From Flavobacteriales bacterium (GTDB lineage: Bacteria > Bacteroidota > Bacteroidia > CAIKAF01), in the NCBI GenBank assembly GCA_052437175.1, contig JBQVOK010000004.1, positions 183,337 to 247,336 on the forward strand: a stretch of 64,000 bases of DNA, written 5' to 3'. A program made the position numbers and the translations under genes. Under the pieces are notes generated by a model. It had not been told where the DNA came from. It was given only the letters and a program-made list of their open reading frames with translations, and did not search any database. Positions 49,728 to 59,600 of this stretch are shown in pieces; position 1 is the first letter of the stretch; each line of letters starts with the position of its first letter.

Positions 49728-50267
49728 ATGGAAGGTACAATCGGAGAAATCCGCCTTTTTGCCGCTACATTCGCACCAAAAAACTGGTGGTATTGTGACG
49801 GCTCGATTATCGCAATCAGATCCAATACGGCACTGTATTCCATTCTGGGTACCACTTATGGTGGCGACGGAGTGCAGACATTTGCCTTACCCGATCTGAA
49901 AGGACGTTCAGCTCTGGGAGCAGGGCAGGGTAACGGCCTCAGCTACTATCCCCTGGGAGCCATGACGGGAGTGAACAATGTAACGCTGCTGTCATCGAAC
50001 CTGCCGCCGCACACGCACACGGCAACCAACAACATTGTTATTCCGGCTTATTCGGATGAAGGCACGGCCAGCACGCCGGCCAACAATGTACTGGCCGCAA
50101 AAGGTCAGATGTATACGAACCTGGCGGGTGATACGAACCTGCATCCGATTCCGTATAACGTAACCGTTGGAATCGCCGGTGCCAGTCAGCCGCTTACGAT
50201 CACACAGCCGGCACTGGGTATGAACTACGTTATCTGTATGTACGGTGTTTTCCCGGCCAGACAGTAA
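49728..50267 (+). CDS. Phage-tail-collar domain (MdpB-like) protein, paralog 1
   Basis: 179 aa with a collar-domain N-terminus (IGEIRLFAATFAPKNWWYCDGS…YSILGTTYGGDGVQTFALPDLKGR) and an HxH motif (LPPHTHTA). Confidence 0.85.
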   Translation: MEGTIGEIRLFAATFAPKNWWYCDGSIIAIRSNTALYSILGTTYGGDGVQTFALPDLKGRSALGAGQGNGLSYYPLGAMTGVNNVTLLSSNLPPHTHTATNNIVIPAYSDEGTASTPANNVLAAKGQMYTNLAGDTNLHPIPYNVTVGIAGASQPLTITQPALGMNYVICMYGVFPARQ

Positions 50268-50326
50268 TTGTGTCCACAGATCTTATTCAGCAAGTTACAC
50301 CTTAACTTATTAAACATTAAAATTTT

Positions 50327-50869
50327 ATGGAAGGTTATATAGGAGAAGTACGCCTGTTTGCAGGTAATTTTGCCCCGCGCAGCTGGGCGTTCTGCGACGG
50401 CAGCTCCATGAGCATATCAGAATATTCTGCCCTGTACGCTATTATCGGCGATACATTCGGCGGCAACGGTGTTACCAGTTTTGACCTGCCCGACCTGCGC
50501 AGCCGCGTGGCCGTAGGTGCAGGAACAGGTCCCGGCCTTACGCCCATTGCACTGGGTCAGGCTGCCGGAACAGAAACGGCAAGTATGTCGGTATCCCAGA
50601 TGCCCGCACACAATCACTTTGCTTCGGCCGTAGTTTCGATGCCGGCATACAGCGGTACCGATACACAGGGAACGCCCACCAATAACTACCTGGCCGGACT
50701 GGCCGGCGCTTATTCGGCAGAAGTGCCCGATTCGCACCTGGCTCCCATTGCGGCCCCGGTAGCACTGAGCACGGCGGGCGCGGGTATCCCGTTCCCGATC
50801 ATACAGCCGATCACGGCTCTTAATTACATTATTTGCGTGGAAGGTATTTTCCCCAGCAGAAACAATTAA
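50327..50869 (+). CDS. Phage-tail-collar domain (MdpB-like) protein, paralog 2
   Basis: 180 aa with the same architecture and an HxH motif (MPAHNHFA). Confidence 0.85.
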   Translation: MEGYIGEVRLFAGNFAPRSWAFCDGSSMSISEYSALYAIIGDTFGGNGVTSFDLPDLRSRVAVGAGTGPGLTPIALGQAAGTETASMSVSQMPAHNHFASAVVSMPAYSGTDTQGTPTNNYLAGLAGAYSAEVPDSHLAPIAAPVALSTAGAGIPFPIIQPITALNYIICVEGIFPSRNN

Positions 50870-50906
50870 TCCTTAACACAACAATTCTCAAAACCTTTTT
50901 GAAATT

Positions 50907-51452
50907 ATGGAAGGAACAATGTCAGAAATCCGCCTTTTTGCCGGGAATTTCGAACCGAAATCCTGGGCATACTGTGCCGGACAACTTTTACCGATAAATA
51001 CCAACCAGGCCCTGTTCAGCCTGCTGGGAACCACATACGGAGGTAACGGGATCCAGACCTTTGCGCTGCCCGACATGCGTGGCCGCATACCTATGGGAAC
51101 CGGCAATGCAGCCGGAATAAACACATACCAGCTGGGCGAAGTGAACGGTGTGAACAACGTAACGGCCACCATGGCCAATCTGCCCGCTCATACCCATAGT
51201 CCGGCTCCCGGCCTGGCACTGAGTATCCCGGCCTATTCAGATTCCGGGGATGTGGGAACACCTACCGGCAATCACCTGGCGGCTCTCGGCGGACTGTATT
51301 CCAACAAAACGCCGGACACCACCATGAAGCCGATCAGCACCAGTGTAACCGTAAGTGTTACCGGGTCTAACCAGCCGATGAGCCTGATGCAGCCTTATCT
51401 CGGAATGAATTATATAATCTGCCTGTATGGAATTTTTCCTTCCAGAGGATAA
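50907..51452 (+). CDS. Phage-tail-collar domain (MdpB-like) protein, paralog 3
   Basis: 181 aa with the same architecture and an HxH motif (LPAHTHSP). It is about 55% identical to paralog 1 by eye. Confidence 0.85.
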   Translation: MEGTMSEIRLFAGNFEPKSWAYCAGQLLPINTNQALFSLLGTTYGGNGIQTFALPDMRGRIPMGTGNAAGINTYQLGEVNGVNNVTATMANLPAHTHSPAPGLALSIPAYSDSGDVGTPTGNHLAALGGLYSNKTPDTTMKPISTSVTVSVTGSNQPMSLMQPYLGMNYIICLYGIFPSRG

Positions 51453-51528
51453 ACATCCGAAATTACATTAATCCGGGTTCCCCTGGCGGTGCAAAAACCG
51501 TCGGGGGATTCCCTGTTATAACTGATAC

Positions 51529-52659
51529 ATGAGAATAGCTTTACTTTTACCCCGCTCCATGCTGTACCCGTCCCTGTCTTTTGACATGATGGACGGACTT
51601 AAGTCGGGCCTGAAAAGAACAGGTCTGGATGCCCGGTATGAGGTAGTTTCGGCCAGTATAGGCCTGGCTGCCAAAAACGAGGAGATCTATGCCCGTTGCG
51701 AGCAGGTACTGCTCGACGGTGCCGATGTGGTAGTGGCGTATATGAACCCGCTTTCGGCCGAGTATGTGCATGCTCTCTTCCAGAGCTCAGGCAAACGCCT
51801 GGTGGTGCTCGACAGCGGGTATCATTTCCCGGCATTCCAGGGAAAACTTTCCCATGCCTGGTTCCTTTCTTTACAAGGTAATCTTTGCTGCCGCACCATT
51901 ATGCAGAAGGCTGCTGCGGATGGTTACCGCAATTTTGCACTCAGCTGTTCCTTCTACGATGCGGGTTACCGTCCTTCGTACAGCTACACCACGGCGGCCG
52001 AAGATAAAGGCGGTACCGTGGGCCTGAGCCATATCACACCGCTGCGCCGGGCCGAGTTTAGCCTGGAACGCCTGGCCGAATACCTGGGAGAAAATAAAGA
52101 TGCCGCAATGCTGGCTTCTTTCTGCGGCGATATGGCCGAAGATTTTTTCCGGGAAAGCAGCCGCCTGGAGCTGAGTACCACTTACGATACCTACGGCGCC
52201 GCATTTACGGCTGAGGAAGAATGGCTGGCCAAAATACCCTATCCGGGTAAGGACTGGGATGCGGCCGTTCCGTGGGCCAAAAGCATTGCCACGCCGGCAA
52301 ACGAAGCGTTTGTAAGTACCCTGGAAAGCATCCGCGAAAATAAAGCCAACCTGTTTTCACTGCTGGGCTGGGAAGCCGCCCTTTTTATAGCCGCCACGGA
52401 AACCGGCAGCCCGGAAGGGATCGTTCTGGATTCGCCCCGCGGCCGCGTGCAGATAAATCCCGACACCCAGTTCTCGGAAGCACCGGTATATTTTGCACGG
52501 GTAACGAAGAACGAAGAAACGGGTAACTGCCGCCTTAGCGATGTACGCGATGCCGGAGACCTGCAGGAAGAACGCAGACTGCTGCAGCGCGATATCGATT
52601 ATATACAGACCACAACGGCCAATTCATGGCTGAACGCATACGCCTGCCTGGACTCATGA
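51529..52659 (+). CDS. Signal-less PBP1-fold ligand-binding protein (LivK/AmiC-like), function unknown
   Basis: 376 aa. The N-terminal pattern RIALLLPRS…GLKSGLKRTG…YEVVSAS…ADVVVAYMNPLSAEYVHALFQSSGKRLVVLDSG resembles type-1 periplasmic-binding-protein cores, but there is no signal peptide. Confidence 0.5.
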   Translation: MRIALLLPRSMLYPSLSFDMMDGLKSGLKRTGLDARYEVVSASIGLAAKNEEIYARCEQVLLDGADVVVAYMNPLSAEYVHALFQSSGKRLVVLDSGYHFPAFQGKLSHAWFLSLQGNLCCRTIMQKAAADGYRNFALSCSFYDAGYRPSYSYTTAAEDKGGTVGLSHITPLRRAEFSLERLAEYLGENKDAAMLASFCGDMAEDFFRESSRLELSTTYDTYGAAFTAEEEWLAKIPYPGKDWDAAVPWAKSIATPANEAFVSTLESIRENKANLFSLLGWEAALFIAATETGSPEGIVLDSPRGRVQINPDTQFSEAPVYFARVTKNEETGNCRLSDVRDAGDLQEERRLLQRDIDYIQTTTANSWLNAYACLDS

Positions 52660-53588
52660 GTAACACCCGCCCGCATATAGCTCTTCTCTGTAACAACCGT
52701 ATGGCTGTTCCCGCCCTGCAGACCCTGCATGGTATGGGATTGCTCTGTGCAATAGGCGTGCCGGAGAACAATGCGGATATTATGGATTTCTGTTCTGTTT
52801 TTGCTGCACAGACGGGTATTCCCCTGCAACTTTTCCGTAAAGAGGATTTAGCTGCGCAGCTGAACAACTGGCTGGAGACCAGCCGGGCTGAGACCGTGTT
52901 TATGATGACCTTCCCCTGGAAAATACCGGCTGAGGTACTTTCAGGACAGGCAAAATTCTACAATTTTCATTACGGATTATTACCGGAGATGCGTGGTGCA
53001 GACCCGGTTTTTGAGTCCCTGCGCCAGCAGAAAAAAGAAACGGGCATTACGGTGCATGCGGTTGAAAAAGGTATCGACCGCGGACCGGTGCTTTTTCGTC
53101 AGCCTTTGCCGCTGAGTGCAGATATGACACATGGATTGCTGTGTACCCAGCTGGCTTACCTGGGTGCACGCATCATTCCCGAAGTGCTGAATTCGCTTCA
53201 GCATACAGGGCAGGCACAGGATGAAAGCGGGGCCCGTTATTTCAAAAGGCCGGGTCTGGCCGAAGTATGTGTACGCTGGGAAAGCCAGGATGCCGCTGCG
53301 GCCGCCGCACTGGCCCGGGCCTGTAACCCCTGGAACAAAGGGGCCTATACACAATGGAACGGCTGGAACGTACGCATTGTGGAAGCTACGCCGGTACAGG
53401 CAGACGCAAACGGAGCCCTGCCCGGTACGGTACTTTCCATCGACCGCGAGGGCGGACTTTGCGTGCAATGCAAAGACAATACGCAACTTAAAATCGATAT
53501 TATTTATACCGACGAAGGATTTATGTCCGGACACCGGCTCCTGAGCTTCGGAATGAAGAAAGGCGATCGTTTTACCACTATTCAATAA
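52656..53588 (+). CDS. Fmt-like N10-formyl-tetrahydrofolate-dependent formyltransferase (N- and C-terminal domains), not the canonical Met-tRNA formyltransferase
   Basis: Start taken at MSNTRPHIALL… (52656), which overlaps the upstream stop by 4 nt. The catalytic Asn and His sit in FYNFHYGLLPEMRGADP and the Asp in HAVEKGIDRGPVL. A C-terminal Fmt-like domain is present (…CNPWNKGAYTQWNGWNVRI…). It lacks the Fmt N-terminal GTPxFA / PDRPxGRG signatures. Confidence 0.75.
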   Translation: MSNTRPHIALLCNNRMAVPALQTLHGMGLLCAIGVPENNADIMDFCSVFAAQTGIPLQLFRKEDLAAQLNNWLETSRAETVFMMTFPWKIPAEVLSGQAKFYNFHYGLLPEMRGADPVFESLRQQKKETGITVHAVEKGIDRGPVLFRQPLPLSADMTHGLLCTQLAYLGARIIPEVLNSLQHTGQAQDESGARYFKRPGLAEVCVRWESQDAAAAAALARACNPWNKGAYTQWNGWNVRIVEATPVQADANGALPGTVLSIDREGGLCVQCKDNTQLKIDIIYTDEGFMSGHRLLSFGMKKGDRFTTIQ

Positions 53589-53611
53589 ATCACTTATCCA
53601 AAATCTCAAAC

Positions 53612-56600
53612 ATGAAACATTACGTACATTCTGCATCCAAGGCGTTTCTGCTTTTCTGCCTGCTTGCAGCAGCGATTTTGCAGGGCCGCGATCTTAAGGC
53701 CCAGACGAGCCTTGCTGCGGGCGATATCGCCTTCACGGGGTACAACTCCAACGCATCGCCTGCGGCAGGTGATACCATCGCTTTTGTGCTGCTTACCAAT
53801 ATTTCGGCCAGTACGCAGATCAGCATTACCGACCGCGGTTATAACGGCAGCGGCTGGGTGGGCGCGGGTTCCACAGAAGGGACCATTACCTGGACCACCG
53901 GTTCGGCCTTACCCTGGGGCACAGAGATCTATATCTGCGGCCTTTCGGCGCGGGTATACAACCCGGTATCAGGTACCTTTACCTCCAACGGTAGTGTAAC
54001 GCTTACAGAAGGAACCTCTCCGAACGGACTGTCCATCTCGAACGTGGGCGACCAGTTCATTGCCTTCCAGGGTGGTGGCGGATCTATTACGGGCGGCGGC
54101 GTTACGATCATTGCCGGTCTGCACTTTCTTACCTGTAATGCCAATACCAGCACGGCAACCTGGGACGGAGCGGGTTGTACCATCGGTCCCAATTCATCCG
54201 TTATGCCTCCCGGTCTTACCGGAGGTACCAATGCTTTTTATACAGGCACCATGCCCGGCGGCATACTGCCGACCATCGCCCGTTTTAACTGTACGGGAAC
54301 CCCGGCGACCACGCCTGCACAGATCCGCACGGCCGTTATGAACCAGGCCAACTGGACCCTTGCCAATTCTGCACTTTCCATGCCTTCCAAATGTGTATTT
54401 GTAAGTTCTACCCCGGTGATCAATGCACACCCGCAGAACCGCACCATTTGTAACAACGGCAATACCACCATGTCTATTTCGGCCATAGGGGCCACATCTT
54501 ATCAATGGTATGTGAATACCGGTGCCGGTTTCAATATGGTTCCGGCCGGAGCACCCTACAGCGGTATAAATACCAACACACTTACCATAACAGGGGGTAC
54601 CACGTCTATGAACGGCTACCAGTACCGTTGTGTAGCTACCAACGGCTCAGGCTCAGCCACCAGTAACCCGTCTACACTCACCGTAATTACAGTAACCACA
54701 ACGGGTAGCAGCACGAACGTAAGCTGTATCGGCGGCAATAACGGCAGCGCCACGGTGGTTGCTTCCGGCGGAATTTTGCCCTATACGTACAGCTGGAGCC
54801 CGAGCGGCGGCACAGCAGCCACGGCCAGCGGACTTGCTGCAGATAACTATTCCGTGCTGGTAACCGACAATATAGGATGCCAGGCCACACGGGCCTTTAA
54901 TATTACGGAACCGGCTTCCGGTATGAGCGCTACGATCTCTAAAACCGATGTAAGCTGCAACGGCGGCGGTAACGGAACGGCAACCGTGGTAGTATCGGGC
55001 GGTACTACACCGTATACCTACAGCTGGTCGCCGAGCGGCGGCACCAATGCTACAGCTACCGGTCTCAGCCAGGGAACCTACACGGTAACCGTAACCGATA
55101 ACGGTGGTTGCCAGATCACCCGTAGTATTACCGTAAACCAGCCGGCTACGGCCCTGGGCGGAACTACTTCTAAAACGGACGTAAGCTGCAACGGCGGTGG
55201 CAACGGAACGGCTACGGTAGTAGCTTCCGGCGGTACCACACCGTATACCTACAGCTGGTCACCAAGCGGTGGCACCAATGCTACGGCTACGGGTCTCAGC
55301 CAGGGAACCTACACGGTAACGGTAACCGATTTTAACGGTTGCCAGATCACGCGCAGCGCTACGGTAAACCAGCCTGCTACGGCCCTGGGTGGAACTACTT
55401 CTAAAACAGATGTAAGTTGTAATATGGGTAGCAACGGAACAGCTACGGTAGTAGCTTCCGGCGGTACTACACCGTATACCTACAGCTGGTCGCCAAGCGG
55501 CGGCACCAATGCTACGGCTACGGGTCTTGCTGCGGGTACCTACACGGTAACGGTAACCGATTTTAACGGTTGCCAGATCACGCGCAGCGCTACGGTAACC
55601 CAACCGGCAACGGCCCTGGGCGGAAGCATTTCTAAAACGGATGTAAGCTGCAACGGTGGTAGCAACGGAACAGCCACAGTAGTAGCTTCCGGTGGTACTA
55701 CACCCTATACCTACAGCTGGAGCCCGAGCGGCGGCACCAATGCCACGGCTACAGGTCTTGCGCAGGGTTCCTACACAGTAACGGTAACCGATTTTAACGG
55801 TTGCCAGATCACGCGCAGCGCTACGGTAACCCAACCGGCAACGGCCCTGGATGGTACCATTTCTCAAACCGACGTAAGCTGTACCGGTGGATCTAACGGA
55901 ACGGCTACGGTAGTAGCATCCGGCGGAACTACACCGTATACCTACAGCTGGAGCCCGAGCGGTGGCACCAATGCCACGGCAACGGGTCTTGCGCAGGGCA
56001 CTTATACGGTAACAGTAACCGATTTTAACGGTTGCCAGATCACGCGCAGCACTACGGTAAATCAACCGGCTACCGCCCTGGACGGTACCACTTCTAAAAC
56101 GGATGTAAGCTGTAATGGAGGTAGCAACGGAACGGCCACAGTAGTAGCCTCCGGTGGTACAGGAACCTATACCTACAGCTGGGCACCGAGCGGTGGCACC
56201 AATGCCACGGCAACGGGTCTTGCCGCCGGTACCTACACGGTAACGGTAACCGATAACAATAGCTGCCAGATCACCCGTACCGTAACGGTAAATCAGCCTG
56301 CGGCCCTTGACGGTACTACCTCTAAAACGGATGTAAGCTGCAACGGCGGAGCCAACGGCACGGCCACGGTGGTTGCTTCCGGTGGTACTACGCCCTATAC
56401 CTACAGCTGGTCACCGAGCGGTGGTACCAATGCTACGGCAACGGGTCTTTCACAGGGTACATATACCGTAACGGTAACCGATAACAATACCTGTCAGATC
56501 ACCCGCACGGTAACGGTAAATCAGCCTGCGGCCCTCGATGGCACTATTTCCAAAACGGATGTAAGCTGCAACGGCGGAAGCAACGGAACGGCCACAGTAG

Positions 56601-59600
56601 CAGTGTCCGGCGGTACTACACCCTATACCTACAGCTGGGCTCCTTCGGGCGGAACGGCTGCTACGGCTACGGGTCTTGCCCAGGGCACTTACACGGTAAC
56701 CGTAACCGATAACAATACCTGCCAGATCACCCGTACGGTAACGGTAAATGAACCTGCTGCCATGGTGCTTACCCCGTCTCACACCGATGTAAGCTGTAAC
56801 GGCGGCGGTAACGGAACAGCTACCGTAACGGTAAGCGGCGGCGCTACTCCATACAGCTACAGCTGGTCGCCATCGGGCGGAACGGCTGCTACAGCTACCG
56901 GTCTTGCCGCAGGCACGTACACGGTAACTGTGACCGACAACAATACCTGCCAGGCTACGCAAAGCATTACGGTAAATCAGCCTTCTGCCATCAGCCTTAC
57001 GCCTTCACATACGGATGTAAGCTGCAATGGCGGTTCTAACGGTACGGCCACGGTAACAGCCAGTGGTGGTGTGGGGCCTTACAGCTACAGCTGGAGCCCG
57101 AGCGGCGGCACAGCAGCTACGGCCACGGGTTTGGCTGCGGGTACGTACACCGTAACCGTAACCGATAACAATACCTGCCAGGCTACGCAAAGCATTACGG
57201 TAAATCAGCCTTCTGCCATCAGTCTTACGCCTTCACATACGGATGTAAGTTGTAACGGAGGTTCTAATGGTACGGCCACAGTAACAGCCAGCGGTGGTGT
57301 GGGTCCTTACAGCTACAGCTGGAGCCCGAGCGGTGGTACCAATGCCACGGCCACGGGTTTGGCAGCGGGTACGTACACGGTAACGGTAACCGATAACAAT
57401 ACCTGCCAGGCTACGCAAAGCATTGCGGTAAGTCAGCCTGCTGCCCTTAGTATAACACCTTCGCATACGGATGTAAGCTGTAATGGCGGTTCTAACGGTA
57501 CGGCCACGGCTACGGTAAGCGGTGGTGTAGGTCCCTACAGCTACAGCTGGTCGCCATCAGGCGGCACCAATGCCACAGCTACAGGTCTTGCGGCAGGCAC
57601 GTATACGGTAACGGTAACGGATAACAATACCTGCCAGGCTACGCAAAGCATTACGGTAAATCAGCCTGCTGCGATCAGCCTTACTCCCTCACATACGGAT
57701 GTAAGCTGCAATGGCGGTTCTAACGGTACGGCCACGGTAACAGCCAGTGGTGGTGTGGGTCCTTACAGCTACAGCTGGAGCCCGAGCGGCGGAACGGCTG
57801 CTACAGCTACAGGTCTTGCTGCAGGTACGTATACGGTAACTGTGACCGATAACAATACCTGCCAGGCTACACAGAGCGTTACCATTACAGAGCCCTCGGC
57901 TTTCAGTGTAACGCCTTCGCACACGAATGTAAGCTGTAACGGCGGCAGCAACGGTACAGCCACGGTAACGGTAAGCGGCGCCACGGCACCGTACAGCTAC
58001 AGCTGGTCGCCATCAGGCGGCACCAATGCCACGGCTACGGGTCTTGCCGCAGGCACCTACACGGTAACCATCACCGATAATAATACCTGCCAGACCACAC
58101 AGAGCATTACCATCACGCAGCCTTCGGCTTTCAGCGTAACACCTTCGCATACCAATGTAAGCTGTAACGGCGGCGGCAACGGCACGGCCACGGTAACGGT
58201 AAGCGGTGCTACAGCGCCATACAGCTACAGTTGGTCGCCATCGGGCGGCACCAATGCCACAGCTACAGGTCTTGCCGCAGGCACGTATACGGTAACCATC
58301 ACGGATGACAATACCTGCCAGACGACACAGAGCATTACCATCACGCAGCCTTCGGCCTTCAGCATCACGGCTTCACAGACAGATATACTCTGCAATGGAG
58401 CCTCTACCGGTACGGCCACGGTAACGGTGAGCGGCGCTACGGCTCCCTATACCTACAGCTGGAGTCCTTCAGGCGGTACAGCGGCTACGGCCAGCGGTCT
58501 TTCTGCAGGTACGTATACGGTGACCATCACCGACAGCAATATGTGCCAGGCCACACAAAGCTTCAGCCTGCTGCAGCCCCTGGCCTTCAGTATTACGGGC
58601 AGTCAGACCAATATCAGCTGTAACGGCGATTCTACAGGTACGGCCACCGTAACGGTAAGCGGCGCCACAGCCCCGTATACCTACAGCTGGAGTCCTTACG
58701 GCGGTACAGCGGCCACGGCTGCGGGTCTTGTAGCGGGTACCTACACGGTAACGGTTACCGACAGCAACCTGTGCCAGACCACACAAAACTTTACCCTGAC
58801 CGAGAGCCCGGCCCTGGCCGTTCAGGTTTCATCGGCAGACCTAAGCTGCTTCGGTGCTAACAACGGTTATGCAGCCGTAACGGTAAGCGGCGGCGTAGGT
58901 CCGTATACTTACAGCTGGACCGGTGGCGGAGCAACGGATTCTATCGGCGGACTTACCGCAGGTGTGTATACCGTAACCATTACCGATTCCCTGTTCTGTA
59001 CCACACAAGCAAATGTTACGATAAACGAACCTGCCGAACTGACCCTGCAGATGTGGCAGCAGAATATTTCCTGCACAGGTAACGGCGCCGACGGTATGGC
59101 TGCCGTAACCGTAAGCGGCGGAACTACCCCGTACAACTACAGCTGGACGCCGGGTGCCCAGACAAACGACAGCCTCAGTAACCTGGCCGCCGGTACCTAC
59201 ACGGTACTGGTTACCGATGACAATGGCTGCAGTGCTACAGACAGCGTTGTGATAGACGGCCCCGAGCAGTTCCAGGCAACGCAGAATGTAAGTATCTGCC
59301 AGGGCCAGAGTTACAGCATCGGAAACAGTACCTACACAGCGGGTGGTACGTATACCGATACACTGCTTACAGCCGCCGGCTGCGACAGCGTGGTAACAAC
59401 CATACTGACCGTAAATACCGTAAATGCGACCATTACCAATAACGATCCCACACTGCTGGCTTCTGCAGGTGGCACAGACTACAAATGGATGAACTGCGAA
59501 ACCGGTCAGCTCATCGGTGGCGCCACATCGCAGAGTTACACAGCCACAGCCAACGGCAGCTATGCGGTGATCATAACACAGAACGGATGTACCGATACTT

